DNA of 63,931 nt, the filler included, from Hausera hauseri (taxonomy: Eukaryota), in assembly GCA_046269625.1 (NCBI GenBank). It is 12 parts of 12 records of this genome, joined end to end, with 100 filler letters (N's around TTAATTAATTAA, not from the genome) between each part and the next. Parts side by side here need not be neighbours in the genome. Positions count along the whole stretch, not along the records: positions 20,872 to 24,854 come from JBJURY010840857.1; positions 24,955 to 29,077 come from JBJURY010747209.1; positions 29,178 to 39,912 come from JBJURY010157755.1; 9 more parts are not named here. The stretch is one strand, 5' to 3'. The notes under the pieces are model-generated. The model made no database searches and was not told where the DNA came from. It saw only the letters and a program-made list of their open reading frames with translations. Both the position numbers and the translations under genes were made by a program. The first letter of the stretch is position 1. Each line of letters opens with the position of its first letter. This document shows positions 23,083 through 37,800 of this stretch, piece by piece.

Positions 23083-24954
23083 CTATAGACTGTTCTGATC
23101 AAAGGATTTGATATATAACGCTATTGCCGATTACATGAGTCTCAAGGAATTTGAAGATATGTTAGTATATTCATTCATTTCAATAATACCAAAGTCGTAG
23201 CAAATCAAAAGGGCCCGTCTTATGATCCACTTTTCAAGATTCGACCACTCCTTGAGAAGTTGCGTCATCATAGTCTCCAGGTAACTCCAGAACAGACAGT
23301 CCGTTGATAAACAGATGATTTGCTTTAAAAGTAAAAATAGAATTCGACAGTATTTAGAACAACAAGCCTAAGAGATGGGGCTTTAAAGCGTCGGTCAGAT
23401 GTTGTGCACGTACTGGCCTTACACATTACTTTGTTGTTGACTATCAATCTACCGACTTCGTCATTCTCTTATACAAGATACGTCAACAACAGAAGAACTG
23501 CAACATATATTTTGACAACCGGTTCAACTTTCCGGAACTCCAGCTGAAACTGAAACATCTTGGCTTCCATTCAATTAGTACACTCAAAGCAAACAAGGAA
23601 CGTCGGTTCTATGATGCAAAAGTGGATGCAAACAGTGGACTATGTATCATCCGATGGTTTGATAGCCGTGCGATTCAAATTTCATCGTCACACGTTAGGA
23701 TTGAAACCATAAAGTTGGTGAAACGATGGGATACCAAGGCCAAGAGGTTGACTGAAGTGCAATGTCCAGCTGCTGTGGTCGAGTACAGCATAAACATGGG
23801 TGGCGTGGACCTGTTCGACATGCTGGCTGCCATGTATTGTGTTGACCACAAGAGTCTCAAGTGGTCCCGGCTCATTTTCTACTGGGTTCTGAACGTTACC
23901 TATGTTAACAGCTAGATTCTGCATCGCCTGTACTGTAGTCGACGTGGTGTTCCAGGAAAAGACATATTGGATCTCTTTGGCTTTGTGACGAACGTATCAC
24001 AAGACTTGATCATGGTCAACAAGCCAGGACCCACACAGGAACGAAAGCGTGACCGTCTGCCCTTTGCAACAACAACAGAGAATGACGAACCAAACATGGA
24101 AAAGTTACAACAGGAAAGATCTGTAATAGCTGCACTTTTGACAGAAGTTCGGCTTGCCAATGTTGGACATTTGTCACAGCAAGAATCTGACAAAGACGGC
24201 TGCCGACTGAGTAAAACATCAATAATTCGTACTTCGTGCATAAAATGTAGAGTTTTCTTGTGCCTGACTGCAGATAAACAGTGCTACATTGATTATCACA
24301 CAAAGCTATAAGCCGTAAGAACCGACAAATTAGCAGAGTTGTTATGTAGAACTGATATTGTTTGGTCATTATCATTTGGTCATTATTTTGCTCATGTAAC
24401 TAATGAAATTTAATGTAAACACGAGATTACTGATTTGTCCCCCACCAGCGTCATTTGCACTACATATTTAAAAAAAACTATGTTAGCGAATTGTTTTTCA
24501 TCTGTCTTTGCATGTAATGTGCTAATGTAATTTTGTATATACCGCAATACTGTCGATATCATTCACCGTACAACTGCCAGTATTGTCAATAATTTACATC
24601 TTGTACACAACTGTCTTTTGAAGAACTGTTGAGTTGTTTCCTACGTCAATATAGTGTATTAACTATGTAAAGTTCGTCTGTCAGATTGTTGTACCATCAC
24701 TTTTTCTCCATATGTGACCATTGTTGCCATATGGCAACATTGAATAATTTGCATAACATGATAAAATAAATGTTGTTTCATATCTGACAGCTCACAGAGA
24801 TCAGGTTAAGTAGAAAAATGTACTGGAAAAAATTTTCCTCATCATATAAAAATTNNNNNNNNNNNNNNNNNNNNNNNNNNNNNNNNNNNNNNNNNNNNTT
24901 AATTAATTAANNNNNNNNNNNNNNNNNNNNNNNNNNNNNNNNNNNNNNNNNNNN

Positions 24955-25690
24955 GAAACTGCTCATGACGCATGAACCCAAATCGAATTACGTGGTTCAT
25001 TGGCGTCTGCTGCAGTTTTACATGCAGCTCGCTGTACGTGTCATACAGCTGCATCGTGCAATCCGCTTCAATCAGGTGCCTATTTTCAAGGCGTACATCG
25101 ATTGAAATTCCGGGAAACAAGCCGCAGCTTGTACAAGGTTCAAAAAGGATTATTACAGTTGAAAAATAATTCTCTTTACAGGAAAATAGTAGAGAACCTC
25201 AAAAAGCGTCTCAATGTGCGCCTGTGAAACAACGAAAAGCAACTGGTTACGTACACCATCAAGGCTCAGTTCAGGCGGTCAATGCACATTGACGACGGAT
25301 TAGTTGCCGTGCTTCTCAACAGGGAAGAAGTAGTACTGGACCGGCCAAGCTACATCGGGCAAGTAGTACTGGACCTGAGCAAGTTGCGGATATATGAGCT
25401 GCAGTATCGCGACTTGGCACGTTACCGGAAAATGTTTGACAGCTGCAATACTGACATATTTGCTGGTGACACAAACAGTTTTTTCCTACGGCTGAAAAAC
25501 GTCAATTGCAAACAGCTACTGCAGAAAATGCAGTCAGATGAATTACTGGACATGTCCAACTACTCACCGGATCATCCGTTGTACAGCAGCGCGATCACCA
25601 ATAAAATCGGCTGCTTCAACGATAAAAGTAAAGGCTGCGTCCGGTATTGGAATGGATATTCCTACGCCCAAGGTGCTACAGTCTTCTGAC
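24955..25690 (+). pseudogene. pPolB C-terminal polymerase fragment (more GC-rich, lineage-A-like)
   Basis: KLLMTHEPKSNYVVHWRLLQ, LKNNSLYRKIVEN (motif B), PSYIGQVVLDLSK, FAGDTNSFF (motif C), DMSNY..DHPLY..NKIGCFND. Confidence 0.9.
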
Positions 25691-28600
25691 GAACTGTGAA
25701 CTGTTCTCGTATGCCGATTATTCTTCAATGATGGTGTACCTCCACTTCTCAATACTCAACTTCTTCGACATACCGAACATTTAATGGGAATTTATATAAC
25801 AATCTGAGGAGTGAGTTCGTAGGGCGGTTTGGTAAAGTTACCCAGCGCCTGTTATATCGTCATTATTTATGAAGTTCCCTAAACGTAGGAATTGATAAAA
25901 TGAATATTGATGTGGCGAAAGGAGATAAGAATCTTATTACGATAAGAATGAAATTAGTTAGCCTGGTGCTTGGGTAGTATATGGTCTTAAGAACGTAAAT
26001 ATAGGATCATATGGATTTAACCATTGTATTACGTGAATGGTATTATGATGAACTGAATAATTGATGAAGTCAGATATCATAGTGTAATCGGGTCATGAAC
26101 GTTTATATTAATTATTGTACAATGATGTTAATAGATAGTATTTGTAGGTATTGAGCAAGAAATTATCGCTATTTACAAGATCAAAGGGAATAGATTTATG
26201 AAAAGAAGGCACGCTGAACGAAAGGGGTTATACACGATAAAAGAGAAATGCATAACCGATAACGCAATAAATCTAAAAGGTATCCATACAAGGAATGAAT
26301 TATTTACTGTGATTGTCTCCTATAAACCGACACATACTAAAATTTAGGATTGACTAATTTTCTTAAGTCTTGTCTTACGTTTATGTTATATTAGTACTCA
26401 TATTGTCATTTATATTAACTCAATTGTCTTAAGGGTATATTTAATACGGATATTCCCTATCATAAACATTTCCACCATCCGTTATTCTATCGAATCACCC
26501 ACATCTTACCGAATTTACGAACTCTGAACAAACAATCAAGAGATAGAGTTCTATTATAATTAATGTCCTACGTAATGTCATCATCGACAAGATCATATAT
26601 AATTTTGGGATAAATTTGTACTGTTATTGGCACCCATTGGCCAGGACGAATACCAACAACAAAAGAGGAGAAAAAATGATAATTTCCCAATGGAGACAAG
26701 CCTGATATCAATAAAAGATCCTACTATTTCGCTGATGATTCTATTTGAAATTCATGCTAATATTCACAAAAATCCTCTAATCACTTCACCGCATTTCCGC
26801 ACCGCGAAAACCTTCATTGAAAATGGCGTAATGTTATTCTTCTGCTTCAAATTCCCAAACGTTAATAAAGTGAATTTTCAGACCAGTACTCGTTATTCAT
26901 CTGAAAATTTTTTCGAACAATCATTATTACCAGATACTGCAACGGATCACATTGGGTACATAATTATTCATTACCCTATTGAATGTTTTTATGATCACTG
27001 TCCATATTAATACTAAATACAATGTAATAATTATCCCCCTATTACATAATACTACTGAGGCTACATTACACATGATAATGTTAATGAAAGATGAACACGA
27101 TTTCGATCATTATCCTCAGATTCAGTCAATTCTATTCTTTCTCTGCAACGACTCAAAAATTGAATGTATAGATCCAGCCCTTATTAGGTATCGACTAAAG
27201 TAACAACCCCTAATCATAAGATTCAACGCCATATCTCCCCGTTTACATATATGCTTCTCATTTGCAACTTTTTCCATTTTATGTCTATCTTTATTCCCAT
27301 TCTATCATCATCTCTTTATTTATCACAAATCCAATTTGAGATTGATACACTTCGACCGTACATAAATCATCACCAACTAAACGCATTTATATTGACTATT
27401 ATACACATATTTCAGGATTTCTTTATCCGAATTTCGCCTTTATTTATATAATTCAAAATATACATATCTAACCAACTCCGCGCGGGAATGTTACATGACA
27501 TCGACATTACTCCAAATAACTTTTCTTATATCTACCCTCGTCCATTTCATCCCGATAAAATCCCAAATTATCCTCCTCCGCAACCGTTTTATTCAAGTTA
27601 TTAATCTTTAATTTTCCAGCCACAAAATATAATTTATAGATTACCCTCAAATCTGGATATCAATTCATACCAATGAATAAGGTAATCGAAACAAACTCAG
27701 ACTTAAAGGTAAATGATCATAAGCAAACTACTCAAGACAAAAACAACAATAAACAATTCAACACGATAACTAACTTCCTTATCATTAAATGAGACCAATA
27801 ACCGTTCTGTTCGTGTACTTTTACTCAGAGACGACCCAGCACATTCATCACCGTGTCATCTACTGCTTCATTCGCCCTCGTCATCTTAGTCCTTGATCTC
27901 GTAATTTTCCACATGTGCAGCATCCTTAGCTGTTATCGACTCAGAAAAGGTCATTGCATTCTTTCGAAAACTGAAGTTGACTCGGTTATTCTGTGTCATC
28001 ATTATCCTCTCGCTATATCGGCTTTGTAAACTCCGTCTCGGTGATAGGTGTATGTTACATGCTCTTTCCATTCCATTTCGTAAAGCAAGATCAACATCTG
28101 GAGCACGAATGGTACTCGTCTTTCCATAAATTAATACATGGAAGAGGTTCCGTTGTTCCCCAATAGTGAATCGAAATTTTTATTTATAAAGATTTATTGA
28201 ATAATTAACAATACATGTCTAACATAAAAATGTAAAATACGTGACCCGCTTTATTCCATTATCATGCATATTTATCAATGACAAATAATTACCATTATTT
28301 GCTCCCATAACATTATTTGTCTCGGCAGTGTTTTCCATAGTGTGAGTATGACGATCGTTGTCTAGATGAACACACGTTTGTAATTCAAAGTTTCGAAGTA
28401 TTGATGACGATTCTACTGGGTTTAATTTGAATTGATATTGGCAATTTATCTGATGGGTGCTAAATGCTATATCTAATAATTAACAAATAATAGCCTTTAC
28501 TCACTCTCTAATGAGTAAATCTTCTGCTAAACTTGACAGACTTTCAAGTAAAATATTTGTAAAAGTTTATTTGTCGTGTCGTGCGAATGGTCATGAACGT

Positions 28601-29347
28601 TTATATACGTCGATTTTAATTTTAGTAAGTTCGCAATTGTGCCGTATTCATTCTATATTTCAATTTCAAAAATAGAATTTCGCTATTATTGCGTAAATTT
28701 CAAAAATAGAATTTTGCTATTGTTGCGTAAATGTTCTATTTTAATATATCTTACAAATTGATCACAAACTCACAAACCGACCCTCCAAATTTTTTAAACC
28801 ACAAAGCTGTTACCAAGCTGGGCACACGTTCATTGGGTACACGTTCCCGTACAAAGAGCAGGTGGATAAAAATGCCCATCATGTGGGGCTTACAGGAAAA
28901 ACAAAACAAAAGTATTTAAATGTTAATAGTCAAAATTAAAACAAAATTTTAATTGTCATTGTGAGTTGACTATTTTGTCAAAAACAAAACAAAATGTTTA
29001 TTGTCATTGTGAGTTGATTGTTTAAGGGGTCGTAACAATACAAAACGCACATATACTGGCAGTTCGAAATCGAATAANNNNNNNNNNNNNNNNNNNNNNN
29101 NNNNNNNNNNNNNNNNNNNNNTTAATTAATTAANNNNNNNNNNNNNNNNNNNNNNNNNNNNNNNNNNNNNNNNNNNNACAAATTTTCCAAATTTAAATCA
29201 GATTTGCAATATTACCTTAAAAATTTAATTAATTAATTTTAATTAAATTTTTTTTAGATGATCCCAAATTACAATCTTAGTTTAAATTTAAATTTACAAT
29301 TGTATCTGATTTAAATTTATAACTTCTGTTATCAATTATATCCTCAC

Positions 29348-30325
29348 AAACAGATTGCATTTTCTCTTCATCGTTGATCTAGACGTGTCAGTGCTCTTGT
29401 AATGAGATATAACATGTTTGGATAGCTATGTAGACGGGCCGGCAAAAGGGTATGCCGTTTCTGTCACGGTTCCGGCTTTCCGCTGAAAATTTCCGAATGT
29501 GCGATATCTCAGCTCCAAAGCGTCCGATGGAGTTGGTTTAGATATCGTTCGATTCGACTCAATGAGACGCGTCGAATTAATCCGATATGGACGGCATTGG
29601 ACCGTACGGACCGGAGTTATGAGTAGAAACTTGAGCAAATGGATATAAAGTCAGCTCGGAGATTCATTGCATATAATCTGTACTGGGCATACATACATTT
29701 TGATCGCTCATATTTACTGTGTATATGTAAAAATTTTTATATACACATTGCTCAACAACTATTGATGTGAGGCACATGGATTCAGATACGTTGAAATATG
29801 GTCTTTTGTTTGCACCATCACTCGACTCTATACCATGCGTGGTTGTGTGTCCATATATCTTAATATTCTAAAGGACTCAATTTCTCACTTCTCAACTTAG
29901 ATGAGTCAGTCGCCCACGAACTTTACATCCATTCTATTTTTCTCCTCATTACCTTCTCAATCATGCGTTAACCGACTCATCATTCACTGCGTGTACTGAA
30001 TTATTAGACATTTCCCGATTCTCAAATAACTTTTTTAGTCAATTTTCTACTTATAACTCCGGTCTGTATGCTCCAATGTCATTCATATTGGATTCATTCA
30101 GCTCATCTCATTGGTACGAATCGAACGATATCATTACCAACGGCCTAGGACTCTTTAGAGCTGAGAAATTGCACATCCTGGAAATTTTCACCGAAAAATC
30201 GGAACTGTGCCGGAACCAGCATACCCTTTGGCGGCTTGTCTGTAAAGTTATCCAAACACACCATATACCATTAGAACCGCGCTGACACACCTAGGTCAAC
30301 TGTGAAAAGAAAAATGCAATATGTT
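29348..30325. mobile_element. Foldback/MITE-like element with about 300-bp diverged inverted arms (29348-29645, 30030-30325)
   Basis: Arms align as reverse complements, e.g. gatatcgttcgattcg / cgaatcgaacgatatc, ccggagttat / ataactccgg, gtttggata / tatccaaac. Confidence 0.75.
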
Positions 30326-31863
30326 TCTTGGTTCCGACGCAATTCCCAAAGGCCATTTTTCCTTTAAGGTCAATTTTTCAACCTAATGAGCAGATTTTCG
30401 CAATTTATAAAAATTTTCACGTGCACATAATGGACAAATACCATTTTCACCACAAAAATTGCATAATGCAACGTGCCTTGTGCTCAAAATTGTGCACAAT
30501 GTACCGGAAATACGTATATTTTTACTGTAAGTTGCACAATTCGACCAGAAATAACAAAAGCTGCCACGTGACCGGAAGTGGGGGTCGGGCTATGGTGTGC
30601 CAGAACCGGCATTTTCCTACTATTTTACTAATATTGAAACAACATAATCTAATCCAGATCATTTTTCATAGTCTCTGTAATCTCAAATAATTTTCTGTCA
30701 TCTCGCGGAAATCAATAACATCAAATGAAACTATTTCTTCAAAAGGAATTTTATGCGCAATAACGAGTCTTCTTCTACATTGGTTCATAATATGTTCTCT
30801 TCATGTCGTATTGGTAGCATCGGACTGAAAATTTCATTTAATCAGTCTTTTAGTGAATTTATTCAGTAGGCATGGCCCTATGCTGTAATAGTTTTTTACC
30901 TTCCATATACTTTTATTACGAATGGTATTTCTGTTTAAACAAATCACACACAGATACACATGCACACACACATTCCAGAACCTAACGGATTTTTGTCACA
31001 AAACGAAATGATAGCTGTGATTTCCCTTTAGGGTCGACATAAATTCATTAATTGTTTCATCATCGCAACCTAATCATGGTTTGCCAAGAACGGACCAAGC
31101 ACGACAACAATGAAGTCATGTGTGATGGATATTGCAAAAGGTTTACACAATTGCTCCAACTCCTGAACGGAGTATGACTTGCATTGATCATCATTATTTC
31201 TACTTTTCTGCTGTGTTACGAAGTGCCGTTGCAATATTAATACTTTTAACTAATCTCAAAATGAAAAGGCAGAATGTCTTTTTAGACGAATTGATAACAC
31301 TTCCAAAATAATCTGAAACAAGTTGTTCCCGTTCTAGATGCAATAGCAAATGTATGAGTTTATCTGAATGTTCTGTTCGGAGTTTTATTAGGAATTCATT
31401 GAACTCGTTGTGCTTAATTCTTCTATATCTATATTATTATTATTGCCACAAAAATCGAATTTGGCATGACATTAATCCATGTGTGTGTCTGTATGCAAAA
31501 GTACTGCGTCAATATGCCAGTGTGTTTGTATAATAAGGTATTTTAATAAATATCCCTAAGATATTTTTCTGTTTGAAATAACGTACGTTTTAAAATATAC
31601 GTCAATGCAAATGATTTTTAATTTAGTCGATTTCTTGCCTTGAAGTACCTTCATAAATTCAACCGGATGAATAATCATGGATTAGTCATCCAAACACGAT
31701 CATATTTTAACTATAAATATCAAATAAAATCATTTATTAATAAAAATACAGTCATCTGGTTAATGTTGACAAACCGAATTCAAATAATTCGTAAAGCATG
31801 TATCTATAGGGAGATACGATTTCTAGAAGACCAAAATGAATCTCGTAAATCTGATTTAACTCA

Positions 31864-34800
31864 TTATTCGTTTGTCAAACAGTCTATAACTCGTCGAAAG
31901 CAGATTTCTTTAACCCACTGGCTGATGAATAAATTATTATCGTTTACTATTTTCGATATCAAATGTTTCTCCATATTCCTCCGTTGTTGTAAGGAACCCG
32001 AATTGATATTGTCCACAATATACCGATTCAATGGATCCTCCTTCATCGATTCGATCGTTTCATTGTATCTGTCTAGAACCCAATTAAAGATGAAGTCGAA
32101 TTCTGTGTTCAATTTTTCACAATAATCACCGGTTTGTGCTTTGGATTTCGGTTGAAAATTACTCTGTTGAGCCATCAATAAATTATGGGCACCATCGATG
32201 ATCAAAAACAGAACATCGACATCGGTAAATTGTTGATTCGATTGTTGTGTATCGAGCGATTTCGGCGAGACGAACTGTTCGGTCGTTTTGTTGGATATTG
32301 GGGCAATGAAAGACCGACTTTGATACGTGTCTGCCTTAATGTCAGTTTGTGACGAATAGTGATGTTCTTTGGGCTGAATACTGAAGATGTTCGAAGTTGG
32401 TTTATTGATCATCTCGGGAGAACTATGGAGATTGGAAGCTTGGGCAAAATTTAAACTCTTGGGATTATATCGACAACCAATATTGGAGAGTTTTGTTTGG
32501 ACAAGATTATGAAGTAATTCGATGGATGTTTTGATTTGGGATATTTCGTTACTCTGTTCATCGAGTTTCTTAATGATCATCATTAGTGATGAGTCATCCA
32601 GTGGGACAACACTGGTTTTACTAACGATATTATCATCATTCGACATAGCCATAGATGGTCGAATTTTTGTATCGATAACTTTAACCGACGCCATGGGTTT
32701 AGACGCTTGTTCGTTATCCTCAGAAAATGTCTCCTCCGTATAATTCAGAATCTCAGCCGTGGCATGAGCATAATTCACCGGGGTCTTAGTGTGCACCTTT
32801 TCCAGATTTTTCGTCAGGGTAAATTCAAACTTTTCGGCGCTTTTAAAACTGACTTTCTTTTCAACGATAGATTCCGTACGAGTTACAATACTCGATTCGC
32901 TGGCATTATCGACAACTTCCGGCTTTTTCATTTTATCGATATAATTTCGATACAGCTTCCCCATTTGACTGAAATTTGCTGGGATGAAATTTTCATCCAA
33001 TGCTTGAAACATGTACTTCGCCTGGCCGAGTTCGTTGTTAATGATATGGGCTAATATTTCAAAACAAAACCCATCGAGATCTTTTTTAGCTTGTCGACAT
33101 TGGTGGATGTTGACTGCGACCGAACTCATGAGTTCCTTTTCCAAATCGTCCAGTTCCTTAACGATTTCTTCAAACAATGCCATATTGATATCGACGCCAT
33201 ATGAAGTTGTGTTGATAATAAATTCGATCAAATCTCGAATACTGGACGAGCCAGATGCAATCGGGGTTTTCCATATCGGATATTCTCGGGACAGTTTGTC
33301 AATTAAAGACATGTTGGGACTGCGTTGTATCAGTGGTTGATTATTGACCATTACTAGGGATGTCAGTTCCGCTCTTGCTGGTTCCAGCATTGGTAGTTGA
33401 GCTTTACTTTCAACTGCGGAAGTTTTGATAATGTCCTTCGTTTTCTTAACTCTGCTGTCTGTGATTAAGGAAAATCCTGGAATTGAAAAATCCGAGAGTT
33501 TAACTTGTTTTTCTCTATCATCTCGCGGCTTTTCGGACGACTTAGATACAGCTCGATCGTTGTCAGTGCTTTGTCGTTTTGGTGAAAGTGGTTTCCCATT
33601 CTGAACGGCTGTTAATAACTTTGAACTTTCTGTATCGATTTCTTGGGCATTGTACGGTTTCATAGGTTTCTTTCCTTTGTTGGAAACATTTGAACTGCTT
33701 CTTGATTTCGATCTTTGGGAATTTCTTGATGTTCTTTTATGCACAGACGGTTTGTCATGAGATTCAAGAATGACGTAATCGTCCGCGAGTTGTTTCGTTG
33801 ATTTCTGAGACTTTTTCATATTATCTTTTGGCTTAACATCATCGTAAATGCTTCTGGAATTGTCCGTGTTGTTTTTCTTGGGAGGTGTCTTTGGTTTACC
33901 TTTTTTCAACTTTCGAGATTGCCCATCAAAACTTTTAGTACTTTCTATACTGCTTGTCCTTGAACGACCTTTTCCTTTCTTTTTCTTAGACTTTTTACCC
34001 TTCTTTTTTTTCTTGCCAGATCTTTGATCATCAGAACTTTCCTTCGAACCCTTTCGTCGTACAGCTTTATGTTTTTTACTTCTTGATATCTCAGTCTTTT
34101 GCGTGTCATCTGGAATTTGGTCATCTTCAGTATTAACACTACTTGCAGAACTTTCTCTGGCCAATGTTCTCGCAGTATCTGGTTGTTCCTGTTTAGGTTC
34201 TTCTGTTTCATCTAATGATTTGGGGCGTGCCGACTGCCTTATAATTATTTCCCCTATGACTACGGATTCGTGTGTTTCTCGCCTACCTGTAGTTGTACTT
34301 TCAATACTTTCCTGTGTCTTACTATATTTCTTAACTATTGTACCTGGTTGTTGTATCGATTGTTTACTCATCTCTGTATCGTCTAAAGATCTAGGACGTT
34401 GTGATGATCTAACAAATCTTCCCTCATCTGATACTGATTCTGGAATTTCTCGCCTACTCGGAGCTTTACTCTCGATAATATCATCCAACTTTCTTACTGT
34501 ACTCCTTGGATCTCGCTGCACAGATTCTTTAGACCTCCTCGTGTCATCTAGCGATTTGTGATGTGATGCTTTTACAAATGTGTCTTCCACTGTCTCCGAC
34601 TCGCGAGTTATTTGCCTTACTAATGCTTTACTATCGACAGTATCATCTTGTGTCTCATTCATGGTTTTTATTGTACTTCTTGGTTCTTGTTGTACAGATT
34701 GTTTAGACTTTCCCGTATCATCCATAGATTTGTGGTGTGATGCTTTTATTACTGTTTCCTCTGTTGACACCGATTCGCGAGTTATTCTCCTGCTTGGTGC

Positions 34801-37800
34801 TTTACTCTCGACGGTACTGTCTTGTATGTCATTGAATGATTTTACAGTATTTCGTGGTTGTACTTCTGGCTGCACAAATTGTTTAGATTTCCCCGTACCA
34901 TTTACAGATTTGTAATGTGATATATTTACTATTGTCTCTTCGATCGACGTCGATTTTCGAATTTTCAAACCGGGTGCTATTTTAGTTTCTGTAATATCTT
35001 CCTGTGTTTTACTCAATGTCTTTACAATACCTTTTGGTTCTTCTTGTGCAGATTGCTGAAGCTTTGTTACATCTTCAGTAGGAATTTGACTCTGCGACAG
35101 TTGTCCAATCCTTTCATCGTTTGCACGTGATTTACGAGGTTTCTTCACTGGTGGTGTTTGCCTTTCAACCGTATCAGCTGGCGTTCCTGTGATTGACAAC
35201 TCTGTCTTCGAAGGATTCACACCAGAATCTGAAGGAACACCATTTGCAGTTATAATACGAGATATTGTTTTCCTTTCTTCAACAACCGTTATTTTTACCT
35301 TAGAATCATTGTCATCTAAGTCGGTCATTTCATTGGATTTCATACTCCCTGGACGTTTCGATGTCTTTCTTTCTTCCTTTGCTTTCCTTGGTTCTACTTT
35401 TTGGACTTCAGTAGTACTCATTCTCATACGATGTATATCATCTTTCTTATCGGCATTTGGAACCGCATGTCCTGGTTTGGCCACTAAATTCACATCATCT
35501 GTTTTATTCATACCGATTAGTGTACCAGATTCAGACGATTCTGAGCTTACATTTCGATTGGTTACTTCAATGACTTCAGTCGATGAAACTTTCTTTTGAA
35601 TAACCAGTCCTGCACTTCTTGGTGGTTCGTCAACATTTTCCTTTTGTGGACTTGGCTGGGTCGAAGGCGATTTTTGGACTTTACTCGGTTTTTTAATATT
35701 TTCCTTGGAGTTACTTCTTTCAGATTGAGATGACTTTTTCTTCACTAATGATGGTGCCGGTGCCGTGTGTTTGGAACAATCGTGCTTACGAATCACTCGC
35801 TGTTCACTTCCTGAACTAAATGAATCTAACGATTTGGATCTGGGCTTTGATATCTTTTTAGCTGACATTTTAGGTGATTGTATGTCTTTATTATCAGTCA
35901 TAGCACTTGGTTCGGATATTTTTTCAGCAATGTTACTAAGATAATAGTCTGTTAATGATATTGGTCTCCCTTGACTATTCCATTCAATGACAATCTGATC
36001 CAATTGCTTCATTTTGTCATTTATGATTTCCTCGATGACTTCTAAACAAACTAAATTCAGAGAACTCGTTTTCTGTGTAATAGACACCACAAATGCACAA
36101 GTTCTCAACAGTTCGTTCTTCAGTTCACCTATAATCGCTGCAATTTCGACCATATCCCTCGTACCACTATCAATGTTCACACTTATAATCAATTCAACGA
36201 TTTCTGCGATCATTTTCCTGGCCTTCTTTATGGCACCATGCCAGTTATGAGTATTCAATTCAGGATCCTCGAAAAGTTTTGTTATTTTCTTTTCCACCGA
36301 ATACGGTCTTGATAATGGATTCTTACTAGTTTTCAACTCAATCATCATTGTCTGAACAATTCGCTTTATGATGCATTTTGGAAGAACTGCTGGGGAACTG
36401 TTGATATTTCTGTTTTTCCGCTGCATGGATGACGATGCCAATGAACTAGTAGTTATGTTTGAATACGGTGTGTCAACGGCGTTATATTCTGATTTCATAA
36501 CGGGTATAACATTTTGCATTTGCGATGAATGCATGGATTGGATTGTCTCCTGAACACCAGATGGAATAAAAATTTCTTCCGTTGATTTACTCATTCGCCT
36601 AACATCTGGGATCGTTGGTTTCATAGATGCAAAATAATTTATTGACTCCTCAGATCCCATTGATGGAATTTTAGGGGTCACATTACTCTCGACATTCTTC
36701 GTAAAACTCAATTTTCCTGTTATAGCTAATGATTGTCTACTGAAATCATCGGCAAAATCATTGATGTCTTTTAGAGTTTCGGTGAATTCAATAACCGATG
36801 GCCCTTTCGTTCCATCAGTAACTAATTCCTTGATATTTTCATAAATGAGAGACGTGGCTTTAGCGAGTCCATCATCTTCAGTAATTATATCCGGTACTTT
36901 AGATGTATCTAACAGAGATTTCTTCGTACTTGGTAGTCTTGATAGTTTTGGAATGCCCATGGATACCTTTGATTCTTCATCACCCTTTAGTTCATCCTGA
37001 GACATCTTACTTCCGGTCTGAGGTGCAGACTTTGATCCGGGTTGTTGTTGTCTGTTTGGTTTTGGATCATTCACAGGTAACGTTTTTGTATCATCTTTCT
37101 TACGTGAAGATTTTATCGTTGATGATGGCTTAGTTGTCTCTTCTGAAACCCTACTTAGCATTCGTGACTGTTTTAGATCTTCAACAGGTATTCTCATAGC
37201 AATCTCATCAAAAAACGTCACATGATCGTCAGCATTTGGTAATCGTTTTTCTGGATATTCCTTTAATGGTCCAACATGGGCAAATCGCTCACTGTCATCA
37301 AAATCGACTATTCGTTTGGACACCTCCTGTCTCATAGCATTTTGTTCTGCTTCAATGAAAAGCTTGTTTAGTTTTTCAGATGATTTTGTTCTGGGTAAAT
37401 TGAAGAAAACATTTGGTTTTTCACCCGGTGATACATGAGATTTGTATTCGGATGATGATTGATCTGTCGATTCTTTTGATTCAGTGGATCTTCTTGATTT
37501 GATGTTCACTTGTGCTTTTGAGGGTACGATATCGACTGAAACATTTGACTCACCCGAAACGGAAATATTCGGGTTCTCGTCTTTCGATGATGGTTTTGGC
37601 GATTTCCTTGACTCAGAATCTTCTGTTAATAATGTCTGTTCCTTAACTGATGTTGCATTAGCTGATGGATCGGAGATAATTACATTGGGTTTATAATCTA
37701 TCAGAGATTTTTCTCCATATTTCTTGGTTGACAACATATTCCGAAGTTTTGAAGGTTTCTTTTCATTTTCGAGTGAGTCAAATTCGGCAGCAAATGGTAT

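Larger units (their letters stand above)
21100..24311 (+). mobile_element. piggyBac transposase relic, interrupted by a hAT insertion
   Basis: Acidic N-terminus, PINYFEQFLTNDM..IVTETNAYA, DPLFKIRPLL, IRQY..KP.RWGFK, IYFDN, YSINMGGVDLFD, C-terminal CIKCRVFLC...CYIDYH. Confidence 0.9.

Noticed and set aside
24722-24739. Perfect palindrome tgttgccatatggcaaca as a terminator
   Set aside because: Eukaryotic context; more likely a piggyBac subterminal motif. The true TIR was not found before the contig end.
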